Source of the DNA: Acutalibacteraceae bacterium
Lineage (GTDB): Bacteria > Bacillota > Clostridia > Oscillospirales > Acutalibacteraceae
Direction of reading: 5' to 3'
Assembly: GCA_045658585.1 (NCBI GenBank)
Contig: JAZOVH010000078.1
Location: 20,234 to 84,233, forward strand
Length of the DNA: 64,000 bases
Shown: positions 40,176 to 48,728 of the stretch, in pieces
Position numbering within the stretch: the stretch's first letter is position 1
Layout: each line of letters opens with the position of its first letter
Translations under genes and position numbers: made by a program
Notes under the pieces: model-generated
Database searches by the model: none
What the model was told of the DNA's origin: nothing
What the model saw: only the letters and a program-made list of their open reading frames with translations

Positions 40176-41511
40176 TATTGACCGTCACTCCGTTTCCTCT
40201 TATTTTTTCAAGGCAATTCGGTCTTACACCCGTCGCACGGAATTTACCGATAAATTTACCCGAGGTATCAACCGTGCCGTCGGTTTCATAAACAAATATA
40301 TCCTGCATACTTACTATTTCGCCCTCCATACCGACAACCTCGGTTATGGAGGTGATTTTTCTTGTTCCGTCACGCAGACGGCTTTGCTGAACAATAAGGT
40401 CAATCGCTGAAGAAACCTGGTCTCTGATAGCTTTCAGCGGAAGCTCCATACCGCTCATAAGCACCATTGTTTCAAGTCTTGAAACGGTATCTCTCGGTGA
40501 GTTTGCGTGAGTTGTTGTGAGCGAACCGTCGTGACCCGTATTCATCGCCTGGAGCATATCAAGAGTTTCTTCCGAACGAACTTCACCAACGATTATTCTG
40601 TCAGGTCTCATACGAAGTGCGTTCTTAACAAGATTTCTGATCGTTATTGCACCCTTACCCTCAAGGTTTGCGGGTCTTGCTTCAAGGGTTATAACGTGCT
40701 GCTGTTTCAGCTGAACTTCGGCGGCATCTTCGATTGTTACAATTCTTTCATCCTCGGGGATATACGATGAAAGAACATTAAGAAGAGTTGTTTTACCGCT
40801 GCCCGTACCGCCCGCAACAACAATATTCAGCTTGCCTTTAACGCAGGCTTCAAGAAAATGAAGCATATTCGGGGTGAGCGAGCCGAACTGCAGAAGCTGC
40901 TGCGCGGTAATGGGTTTTTTGCCGAACTTTCTGATTGTTAAAACAGGGCCCACCAGCGAAAGCGGAGGAATAATTGCGTTAACACGTGAGCCGTCTGAAA
41001 GTCTGGCATCAACCATAGGGCTTGCCTCATCAACGTGACGGCCAACCTGCGAAACAATTCTGTCGATAATATTCATAAGATGTTCTTCATCCCTGAATTT
41101 TATATCCGTAAGTTTAAGCTTGCCTTTGTCTTCAACATAAACCTGATCGGGGCCGTTAACCATAATTTCGCTGTAGCTCGGATTCTGAACCAGCTCTTCA
41201 ATCGGTCCGTAGCCCATTATGTCATTGAACAAATCAAGAGCGACCTTGACTCTCTCGATTCTGGGAATCATATATTCGTCATCGTTAACCTTATCGTCAA
41301 CAAGCTTATACATTGTTTCGCGGTCTGTTATTGTTTTGCCGCTTTTATTCATTTCATCGATAATCGCTGTGTGAATTCTGCGTTTAACATCAAGAAAAGG
41401 GTCTTCTTTTATTTCTGCCGGTTCAGTTTTTATTGCAGGCTCTTCCGTCTGCACCTGCGTATTTTGCGGCTGCAGTTTTTTCTGACCGTCCAATCTGTCT
41501 AAAAGTCCCAT
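40156..41511 (-). CDS. tadA: Tad pilus assembly ATPase CpaF/TadA
   Basis: GYGPIE, EIMVNG, DARLSDGSRVN, GGTGSGKTT, LRMRPDRIIVGEVR, AMNTGHDGS. Confidence 0.95.
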   Translation of the reverse strand: MGLLDRLDGQKKLQPQNTQVQTEEPAIKTEPAEIKEDPFLDVKRRIHTAIIDEMNKSGKTITDRETMYKLVDDKVNDDEYMIPRIERVKVALDLFNDIMGYGPIEELVQNPSYSEIMVNGPDQVYVEDKGKLKLTDIKFRDEEHLMNIIDRIVSQVGRHVDEASPMVDARLSDGSRVNAIIPPLSLVGPVLTIRKFGKKPITAQQLLQFGSLTPNMLHFLEACVKGKLNIVVAGGTGSGKTTLLNVLSSYIPEDERIVTIEDAAEVQLKQQHVITLEARPANLEGKGAITIRNLVKNALRMRPDRIIVGEVRSEETLDMLQAMNTGHDGSLTTTHANSPRDTVSRLETMVLMSGMELPLKAIRDQVSSAIDLIVQQSRLRDGTRKITSITEVVGMEGEIVSMQDIFVYETDGTVDTSGKFIGKFRATGVRPNCLEKIRGNGVTVNNEWFAD

Positions 41512-41522
41512 ATTCTAGCCCC

Positions 41523-42725
41523 TCATTTTTTCTTTTTCTTAAATAATCCGCCTTTTTTCTCTTCGGTTGCCTTTACGGGAACAACTCCCGTGTGAATTTC
41601 GATTATCTTATCCGTAATTTCCGAAATGCCCTTTGATATTTCCGATTTGGGCTGTGCAACGGTTACTGCCATACCCTTGTTTATGCTTGTGAGTACCGCC
41701 GAATAATCCGCGGGCACCGTTGCAAACATCTTTGTCTGGAACATTTCTTCAAAATCTTCAATCTTAACAAGACCTTTTTCAACCTTATTAAGAATGAATC
41801 TGATTTTTTCTCTCTGATGAAGCTGTTCAAGAATGTTATAGCAAACTCTTGCGTTTCTCAAAGAAAGAATTTCATTGTTATAAACAAGATGAATTTCTTC
41901 GCAGTTTTCGCAAGCGGTGATTGTTGTTTCATTAAAGGAGGCAGGAAGATCGATTATTATGTATTCATAATAAGGGCGCATAATATCGATTATTTTTTCA
42001 ATGTGTGCGGGGCTGACAAAATCTGCAAATTCAGGGCTCTTGGGAGCGCAGAGAACGCTCATTCCCGTGCTGTGTTCAACGGCAAAGCCGTTTATGTTTT
42101 CAATGGTGATACCGCCTCTGTCCTGAACAAGGTCAACTATTGAATTTTTCGTATCAAGGTCAAGAGCCATCGAAACATCGCCGAACTGCAAATCAAGGTC
42201 AAGAAGCATAACTCTTTTACCTGCCTTTGCAAGCTGAGCGGCAACACCGATTGCGATTGTTGTTTTTCCCGTGCCGCCTTTTCCGCCGAAGAATCCGAGT
42301 GCCTTGCAGCGAACCTTTTTGCCCTCGTTGGTATCAAGAATTCTCTGCTGTTCAAGTTTGTAAACCGTGCCGATATTCTCTGAAAATTCATCAATGCCTA
42401 TGCCGTCAATCGGAAGCACCTTTCGAATGCCGTACTGTGCGGCTTTATTGACAAGCTCAACCGAAATACTGTCATTTGCAAGAACAACTATTGTTCCTCT
42501 GACCGCCGTGAGCAAATCCTGAACAAACGCAAACACCGAATCGGGAATCTCGCCTCTTACGGCACAAAGCACAACCTCGGGGAATTTGTTTATTATCTTC
42601 GTTTTACCCTCTGCCGAAAAGCCCGAATATCCGCTTATGGCAAAGGTTTCATCGTTTATTAGATTTTTTATTTCAATCCGTAAATCAAGATCATCGGACA
42701 AAACAAGTAAATTTATTCTTTCCAT
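41523..42725 (-). CDS. cpaE: CpaE/TadZ: atypical receiver domain plus ParA/MinD-like ATPase
   Basis: GGKGGTGKTT, LDLDLQFGDV, IIIDLP; receiver-like N-terminus without an obvious phospho-Asp. Confidence 0.88.
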   Translation of the reverse strand: MERINLLVLSDDLDLRIEIKNLINDETFAISGYSGFSAEGKTKIINKFPEVVLCAVRGEIPDSVFAFVQDLLTAVRGTIVVLANDSISVELVNKAAQYGIRKVLPIDGIGIDEFSENIGTVYKLEQQRILDTNEGKKVRCKALGFFGGKGGTGKTTIAIGVAAQLAKAGKRVMLLDLDLQFGDVSMALDLDTKNSIVDLVQDRGGITIENINGFAVEHSTGMSVLCAPKSPEFADFVSPAHIEKIIDIMRPYYEYIIIDLPASFNETTITACENCEEIHLVYNNEILSLRNARVCYNILEQLHQREKIRFILNKVEKGLVKIEDFEEMFQTKMFATVPADYSAVLTSINKGMAVTVAQPKSEISKGISEITDKIIEIHTGVVPVKATEEKKGGLFKKKKK

Positions 42726-42741
42726 ATCCGTTCACCTCAAA

Positions 42742-43500
42742 TTATGCCGCAGTTGTCGGCGGTGCAGTTGTTATCTCGCCCATTCCGTAGTTTGTTACCG
42801 GAACTTCATTTCTGCTTTCGGGCACCGATGCGTTCTTGATGTCATCTGTAAGCCCGTGTGCTTCAGCATAAGGCACAAGCACCATTCTTATCGCACCGTT
42901 GAGTGACATCAGTTTTGCTATCTGTTCTTTTGACAAAACAAAGGTAACCTCTGCAAATGATGTTATTTCAATTCCTGAATTCTGCTGAATATTGGCGGGA
43001 TAATTACTTATTCTTATTACGGGAACATTTTGCAGCACAGGCTCTGCCGCGGGAACTGCCGCATTATAAATATTGACCTTATCGTTCTCTTTCAAAAAAT
43101 ATGCAATGGCATTTTCGATTTCCACGGTCATCGTATAAGCATACATTCCGTTTCCGAGCTCATATGACAGTCTGCCTTCTGCTTTTTCGTTTCCTATCAA
43201 AGCAATTTTTCTTGCCATAAGCTGTTCGCCTTTTAATATCGCATCGGTTGCCATATAGCCGATAACATCATTCATATTGCTTACCGTGCCGTATGAAACG
43301 GCGGTTTGCGGAAGCTTTATCTCCTGAAACATTTCTTTTGTGAGAATTGTATCTTTATCTATATCCTGAACCGCAATAAGCACCGTTGCTTCATCAACAC
43401 CTGTTACGATTTTGCTTGTTTTGAGTTCCGATGCAAAAAAGTAGGTTGCAAAGCCCGCCACAAGAGCAATAACCGCCGCTATCAAATAAATCTTTTTCAT
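42742..43500 (-). CDS. cpaB: Flp pilus assembly protein CpaB/RcpC (SAF domain)
   Basis: N-terminal TM, VLIAVQDI...ILKGEQL SAF pattern, VLQNVPVI; operon position. Confidence 0.82.
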   Translation of the reverse strand: MKKIYLIAAVIALVAGFATYFFASELKTSKIVTGVDEATVLIAVQDIDKDTILTKEMFQEIKLPQTAVSYGTVSNMNDVIGYMATDAILKGEQLMARKIALIGNEKAEGRLSYELGNGMYAYTMTVEIENAIAYFLKENDKVNIYNAAVPAAEPVLQNVPVIRISNYPANIQQNSGIEITSFAEVTFVLSKEQIAKLMSLNGAIRMVLVPYAEAHGLTDDIKNASVPESRNEVPVTNYGMGEITTAPPTTAA

Positions 43501-43511
43501 AACAAACCTCT

Positions 43512-43913
43512 CTATGATTCAACTTTCATAATAACCGTTGAGGTTATTGTTTTTTCTTTGCCTAAAACCGTGCTCAGAACGGGAGTGAAAAACGATATTT
43601 CCGCTTCCATGCTAACTGTTATATCTCCCGCTGTGGGGTCATTGGGAGAGCTGTATTCTATTTTTATATCAACACCGTCATTCGCAAAAACGGTTGTTGT
43701 TGTGTTCTCGATGTGATTTATAATTGCCTGGGTGCTTGCATCCTCCGCAGTATTAACAACCGCATATCTCGCGCCTTCTCGGCAGGCGTTATTAAGCGAA
43801 AGCTGATTATAAAACAACCAGCCGAAATCTATTATTCCGCATAAAATCAAGAGAAAAATCGGCAAAATCAAAGCAAATTCAACCATTGCCTGCCCATCTT
43901 CACGCTTTTTCAT
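43512..43913 (-). CDS. tadE: TadE family minor pilin
   Basis: EDGQAMVEFALILP...GIIDFG...NACREGARYA. Confidence 0.92.
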   Translation of the reverse strand: MKKREDGQAMVEFALILPIFLLILCGIIDFGWLFYNQLSLNNACREGARYAVVNTAEDASTQAIINHIENTTTTVFANDGVDIKIEYSSPNDPTAGDITVSMEAEISFFTPVLSTVLGKEKTITSTVIMKVES

Positions 43914-43950
43914 TTTTGCCGTCACCTCCGAACAGTTTTCATTTAAACGC

Positions 43951-43989
43951 AAATGGGTAAGCTCGCTCCGCGAGCGAACTTACCCATTT
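43951..43989 (-). terminator. 18-bp stem-loop downstream of the flp genes (stabiliser or partial terminator)
   Basis: Minus strand: AAATGGGTAAGTTCGCTC-GCG-GAGCGAGCTTACCCATTT. Confidence 0.65.
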
Positions 43990-44031
43990 AAGGCTAATCA
44001 ATTTTTAATTTGGAGTATGTAAAGAGTTATT

Positions 44032-44223
44032 TTATGTTCCTGCGGGAGCTGATGTGCCTGCGCCTGCTTTGTCAAGCTCGGTGTTAACCTTGTTGAACAT
44101 CTCACGAACCTTGGGTCCGAGTGCAACGAGAGCAACGATTACTACTACTGCGATGAGACCGATGATGAGACCGTACTCAACCATACCCTGGCCTTCTTCG
44201 TCTTTAAACCAATTTCTTAACAT
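44032..44223 (-). CDS. flp: Flp family type IVb/c major pilin, copy 2
   Basis: DEEG-QGMVEYGLI Flp motif; GGAGG RBS. Confidence 0.95.
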   Translation of the reverse strand: MLRNWFKDEEGQGMVEYGLIIGLIAVVVIVALVALGPKVREMFNKVNTELDKAGAGTSAPAGT

Positions 44224-44324
44224 ATTATTTCCTCCGTTCTGTTTTTTAATTTTTCCCTTTTCGCTTTGTCCCTTAAAGCTTATTTCTCTTTTTTCTGTTT
44301 CGTCGTGATTATTCCGAATCTCTG

Positions 44325-44522
44325 TTATCCGTTTGTTGCGGGAGCAGTTGTTCCGCCTGCGCCTGCTTTGTCAAGTTCGGTGTTAACCTTGTTGAACATC
44401 TCACGAACCTTCGGTCCAAGTGCAACAAGTGCAACAATGACGACAACAGCAATAAGTCCGATGATGAGACCGTACTCAACCATACCCTGACCTTCTTCGT
44501 CTTTGAACCATTTTCTTAACAT
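44325..44522 (-). CDS. flp: Flp family type IVb/c major pilin, copy 1
   Basis: DEEG-QGMVEYGLI Flp motif; GGAGG RBS. Confidence 0.95.
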   Translation of the reverse strand: MLRKWFKDEEGQGMVEYGLIIGLIAVVVIVALVALGPKVREMFNKVNTELDKAGAGGTTAPATNG

Positions 44523-44573
44523 AATAAAACCTCCATTTATTTTTACCCTTTTCTCTAAGGGTTGTTTCTAAAT

Positions 44574-45257
44574 TTAAAAGAACTGCGAGAACACCGTTTT
44601 TGAAAGCTCACCGAACATCGGGAAGAGAACCGTTACCACAACGCCGAGTGAAAGATAAGGTCCCATCGGAACTGCCGTTTTAAGCGAACCTTTTTTTGTT
44701 GCCACAAGATAGATAAGATAGATTAACAATCCTGCCGCCATTATCAGCGAAGCCTGCAAGAATCCGAATGCTCCGAGACAATATCCGATTGCCGCGCTGT
44801 ATTTAACATCGCCCGTTCCTATCGGTATTCCGAAATACATCGGAATCTGATAAAGAATGAAGCCTGCCGCAAGACCTATGAGCGAAGGAATCAGGCATTC
44901 TTTAACGGGAACATCGGTTGCTATTGCATAAACAATTGCCGCCGTTCTTATTATCAGCAACGCAAGCACCGAGGAGTTCGGGATTTTCTTTATATCCAGA
45001 TCAACAATTCCGATTGAAATTGCAATCGAGATATAAGCTATTGCTTCAAGCCTTTGTGCAATATCATCAAATCTTACAAAAGCAACCGCAAAGAGGACTC
45101 CCGAAAGAAGCACCCAGGTTATCATTACCGCCGCATTCTGCACCGCTTCAAGCTTTGCTGTTTCATCGGTTCTTTGCTTAATCTGGAAAATTGCTATCCT
45201 GCTTAATGCAAGAGCCGCCAGAATTCCGAGTAAACCGCCGTATAATGCATCTATCAT
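44574..45257 (-). CDS. tadV: Prepilin peptidase, A24 family (TadV/CpaA)
   Basis: VDLDIKKIPN, IGTGDVK, VPMGPYL; multiple TM segments. Confidence 0.85.
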   Translation of the reverse strand: MIDALYGGLLGILAALALSRIAIFQIKQRTDETAKLEAVQNAAVMITWVLLSGVLFAVAFVRFDDIAQRLEAIAYISIAISIGIVDLDIKKIPNSSVLALLIIRTAAIVYAIATDVPVKECLIPSLIGLAAGFILYQIPMYFGIPIGTGDVKYSAAIGYCLGAFGFLQASLIMAAGLLIYLIYLVATKKGSLKTAVPMGPYLSLGVVVTVLFPMFGELSKTVFSQFF

Positions 45258-45318
45258 TGGCTATCGCCTCCGATTTATTTTGGTTTATTTTTGAGGTTGT
45301 TTTCCTTGCCTCGACTTC

Positions 45319-45386
45319 ATAGTAGCACCCGTTTTAGTTAAAGTCAATAGTAGTTTTCCACACCTCAAAAAGCTTTTAGTTAAAGT
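45319..45386 (-). promoter_or_regulatory. Sigma-A promoter of the tad operon with 13-bp direct repeats
   Basis: TTGACT(45347-45342)-17-TACTAT(45324-45319) with extended TGn; TTTTAGTTAAAGT at 45332-45344 and 45374-45386. Confidence 0.7.
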
Positions 45387-45456
45387 GCACAAACAACTAT
45401 TAGTAGTGCTTTTTCCTTGATTATCAAGGGTTTCACCGCAAGCTAATGTGCGTTTC

Positions 45457-45609
45457 GTTCGTTTTCGTTCGTTTTAAAGAACCTTTTCGCAATATTTTGT
45501 TAAAAAAGTTTTCACATTTTGCCCAAACAATTATTAAGAAACCTTTAATTTTGATTAAATATTCATTTTTGTTCGTTTGTATGCATTATTCGTTCGTTTA
45601 TGTTCGTTT
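45457..45609. repeat. Five copies of GTTCGTTT upstream of the tad operon
   Basis: Copies start at 45457, 45467, 45571, 45592 and 45602. Confidence 0.6.
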
Positions 45610-45691
45610 TGTATCGAACAATATGAATAAGCATTCAGATTGTTTCGATCAACTGCGGCAAATCCGCTTTCAAATCTTAATAATTGAGCAT

Positions 45692-45733
45692 AAAAAATCA
45701 CCCTTTATCGCTTGACACGGTAAAGGGTGATTA
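45692..45733 (-). terminator. Terminator of the chromate transporter pair
   Basis: ATCACCCTTTATCG...CGGTAAAGGGTGAT with a U6 tract on the minus strand. Confidence 0.75.
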
Positions 45734-45741
45734 TGAATAAA

Positions 45742-46308
45742 TCATATGTTTTGAATTATGAGCTCCGCCGCAAGCCCCGCAACACCGCAGGCAAGCATAA
45801 CGGGAATAGGGCTGCATTTGAATTTGCGAAGCACAAAGAAAGCAAGAGCAAAAATAACAACGCCTATCCAATCAATGTTTCCGAGGGCAATTTCTTCTCC
45901 GCCGAAAACAACCATATTCAGTATCGAAATCCCCGCCCCTGCAATCAGAGCAACCACGGCAGGGCGAAGGCTTGAAAGCACGCTCTGAAGAACAGACATG
46001 TTCTTGAAGCGATAATAAATAAACGCAAGAAGCGAAACGATTATCAGCGAGGGAAAAATACAGCCCGCAGTTGCAACAAGTGCACCCGCAAAGCCCGCCA
46101 CTCTTGTTCCGACAAACGTTGCGGCATTAACCGCAATCGGGCCGGGGGTCATTTCGGCAATGGTTATAAGGTCGGTGAACTCCGAAAGAGTGAGCCACCC
46201 GTTTTGGGTTACCGCCTCATTCTGAATAAGAGGCATTGCGGCATAACCGCCGCCGATGCTGAACAACCCGATTTTCAAAAAACTTAAGAAAAGACGAATA
46301 AAAATCAT
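45742..46308 (-). CDS. chrA: Short-chain chromate transporter (CHR family)
   Basis: FSIGGGYA, MTPGPIAVNAATFVG, LRPAVVALI. Confidence 0.88.
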   Translation of the reverse strand: MIFIRLFLSFLKIGLFSIGGGYAAMPLIQNEAVTQNGWLTLSEFTDLITIAEMTPGPIAVNAATFVGTRVAGFAGALVATAGCIFPSLIIVSLLAFIYYRFKNMSVLQSVLSSLRPAVVALIAGAGISILNMVVFGGEEIALGNIDWIGVVIFALAFFVLRKFKCSPIPVMLACGVAGLAAELIIQNI

Positions 46309-46889
46309 TTATCATTCCCGCCTTTCTTCTTTTTCAGCACCTCGGTAACAACACCGATAACCGCAGCGGCAAGAATAATATATATAACATTAATGTTAAA
46401 CACAAAGGTTGCAACAAAAGCAAGAATCATAACCGTAATCTGAACAACGCTTTTCTGTTTTATAACCTTTATTCCGAGGTTGCAAACAACATCGAGAATA
46501 ACTGCCGCAACGCCCGCCTGCATTCCTTTGAGCAAAAGCGCAACATAAACATTTGAAGCAAATGCGGAATAAATAAGAGATATAACGCTGATTATTGCAA
46601 TGGGCGGAATGATTGTGCCGAGCACGGCGGTAAGCATTCCTAAGAATCCGCCTACACGCCAGCCAACAAGAATTGCAGCATTAACAGCAATCGCGCCGGG
46701 CGATGACTGAGCCATAGCGGTAAGGTCGAGCATTTCATTTTCGTCAATCCAATGAAGCTCATCAACAAATTTGCGTTTCATAAATGTTATGATAACAAAT
46801 CCGCCGCCGAATGTGAACGCACTTATATAAAGCGTGCTCAGAAAAAGCTTGAGCAACTTTTTACTCTTTGACATTTTATCGCTCTGCAC
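46305..46889 (-). CDS. chrA: Short-chain chromate transporter (CHR family), partner subunit
   Basis: FTFGGGF, AQSSPGAIAVN. Confidence 0.88.
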   Translation of the reverse strand: MQSDKMSKSKKLLKLFLSTLYISAFTFGGGFVIITFMKRKFVDELHWIDENEMLDLTAMAQSSPGAIAVNAAILVGWRVGGFLGMLTAVLGTIIPPIAIISVISLIYSAFASNVYVALLLKGMQAGVAAVILDVVCNLGIKVIKQKSVVQITVMILAFVATFVFNINVIYIILAAAVIGVVTEVLKKKKGGNDK

Positions 46890-47157
46890 AGCCTCACCCC
46901 TTTCTTTAAACATTAATAAGAATAACTCTTTGCGTTGGTTTTGTAAAGATATTTTTATTATGTATCATAAAATTTAGCCCTCATTTTAGACAAAAAAGCT
47001 GTTATCTATTTGTGCAAAAGAGAGAAAAACTAAAGATCTAAAAGTTTTTTGCGTGACAAACCTATCTTTTTCTCATTTATATACAGATACAAAAATCAAA
47101 AGGGGATGATTCCGATGGTTTAATTACCGTTCATATTTTAAAAAGGAGGTTGAACTG

Positions 47158-48714
47158 TTGAAAAGAAAATACGCAAAACTTTCGGCAATAATTTCTTTGA
47201 TATTATACATATCAATTATTTCGCTTTTGCCTGCAACCGCGTATCCGAGCATTGACACAAATGAACTATCTGTGTATACTGAAGCTGAAAATAGTTATAC
47301 CAAAATATTGAATTCAGCCGTAAATTTTGTATACTCTCTGTTTCCAAGCGCACCTACTCAGCCTGCTGTATCCGTTGGTGAGGCAGAGGTTTGGTTCTTA
47401 TTTGTAAATTTCCGAAGCGAGCCAAAGCTGTCCTCCGAAAACATTATAGCTCAATTCTGGGTTGGAAGAGAAGTCAGAATCAAAAGCATTGACGGATTAT
47501 GGGCACGCGTCGAAGACACAGAAACCAAAGAGGAAGGATACATTTTCAAATTATTCTTAAGAGGTCCAAGCACCCCGATAAACATAACAATAGAATACGA
47601 TCATATTTATACAGGACAAACCAAGGAAGGAAGAATTACCGTAAGCTATTCAGGTGAGCAAACCATAACCTGGTCTCTTTCAAAAGAAGGAATAATCAGC
47701 TTTGATAAATCCGACCTTTCCTTCACAGGCATAAGCCCCGGCACGGTTACTCTTACAGCAAAAGCCGGAACAAAAAAAGATTCCATCACCATCACATGCA
47801 TCAACGAATGGGAAGAAACAGAAACCTCAACATCAACCAAAAGCGTAAACATTCGCAAAAACCCCGGCACCGGCTATGGGATCAAAACAACCGTACCGAG
47901 CGGAACTCAAATTGTTGCACGTGGTGACCTTGCTGACGGAAGCGATTGGATATATGTTTCAGCAAACGGCGAGTGGGGATTTATTCAGCTTTCCGACTTT
48001 CCCGGAATTGACTACCTGATGACTGAATATCATTATTACGACAAGGGATATGAAAAGCGTTTTGGGTCAGCCGAAACAAAGATTTTAAGCTATGCTTCGG
48101 TTCTTAATGATGTTATGATGTCTAATTTCAAGCTTAAAGTTTGTCCGTATGTAAAACCATATACATCCGCCGCAGATCAATGTAAAATATGGAAATACGG
48201 TTCTGATTATTTAGATTATTTATCAGGTTCTTGTCCAAAAACCGAAAATCACAATTCAAACTCCTGCTTGCGGACAACACATATTAGGGATGTTTTGTTG
48301 GAAGATAAATGGAGAGGAACTAATGTGCTGACAAAAGCGGTTTGGACGGGACATATTATGGACGAACATAAGCCGTCAACTTCTGAAAGTGTAACTCAAA
48401 CCATAATTTTCACAACCGCAAATACAGTTTCTTACAGTTCAGGAACATATTCCAATAAAACGCCAACTAAAATACAGTATTTTAGCTTGTACGAAATAAC
48501 ACATGAAACGGGGCATCAACTTGGTTTGAATGACGGATATTGTTACAAAGATATTGTAAATGGAACATGTAGTAATAAAAATTGTTTTACATGTAGAAAA
48601 CTTCCGCTTCCCAATTGTATAATGGCACAAATAAAAAGCCCTACAAATTCAACAAATATGTTCTGTGATGATTGCAAAGAAAAAATCAATTCACATCTTA
48701 AAGACCACCATTAA
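47158..48714 (+). CDS. Secreted SH3b-Ig-SH3b protein with a C-terminal Cys-rich zinc metalloprotease (metzincin-like) domain
   Basis: Signal peptide; VNFRSEP...WARV...GYI and VNIRKNPG...WIYV...GFI (SH3b-like); HETGHQLGLND, Met-turn CIMA, FCDDC. Confidence 0.7.
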   Translation: MKRKYAKLSAIISLILYISIISLLPATAYPSIDTNELSVYTEAENSYTKILNSAVNFVYSLFPSAPTQPAVSVGEAEVWFLFVNFRSEPKLSSENIIAQFWVGREVRIKSIDGLWARVEDTETKEEGYIFKLFLRGPSTPINITIEYDHIYTGQTKEGRITVSYSGEQTITWSLSKEGIISFDKSDLSFTGISPGTVTLTAKAGTKKDSITITCINEWEETETSTSTKSVNIRKNPGTGYGIKTTVPSGTQIVARGDLADGSDWIYVSANGEWGFIQLSDFPGIDYLMTEYHYYDKGYEKRFGSAETKILSYASVLNDVMMSNFKLKVCPYVKPYTSAADQCKIWKYGSDYLDYLSGSCPKTENHNSNSCLRTTHIRDVLLEDKWRGTNVLTKAVWTGHIMDEHKPSTSESVTQTIIFTTANTVSYSSGTYSNKTPTKIQYFSLYEITHETGHQLGLNDGYCYKDIVNGTCSNKNCFTCRKLPLPNCIMAQIKSPTNSTNMFCDDCKEKINSHLKDHH

Positions 48715-48728
48715 AAGGAGATGAGGTT

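Noticed and set aside
41523-42725. Receiver domain without phospho-Asp as a novelty
   Set aside because: Atypical receiver domains are an established feature of TadZ/CpaE
45451-45620. GTTCG/CGAAC repeats as LexA SOS boxes or a CRISPR remnant
   Set aside because: The Firmicute SOS box is CGAAC-N4-GTTCG, and orientation and spacing here do not fit; repeats are too short and irregular for CRISPR, and no cas genes are present
45640-45690. GGCAAA near the tad upstream region as a possible c-di-GMP-I riboswitch
   Set aside because: It is on the wrong strand for the tad operon and lacks the GAAA tetraloop and downstream GCAAA/P2 elements
45446-45715. 89-aa plus-strand ORF upstream of tadV
   Set aside because: Low-complexity translation of AT-rich regulatory repeats with no RBS
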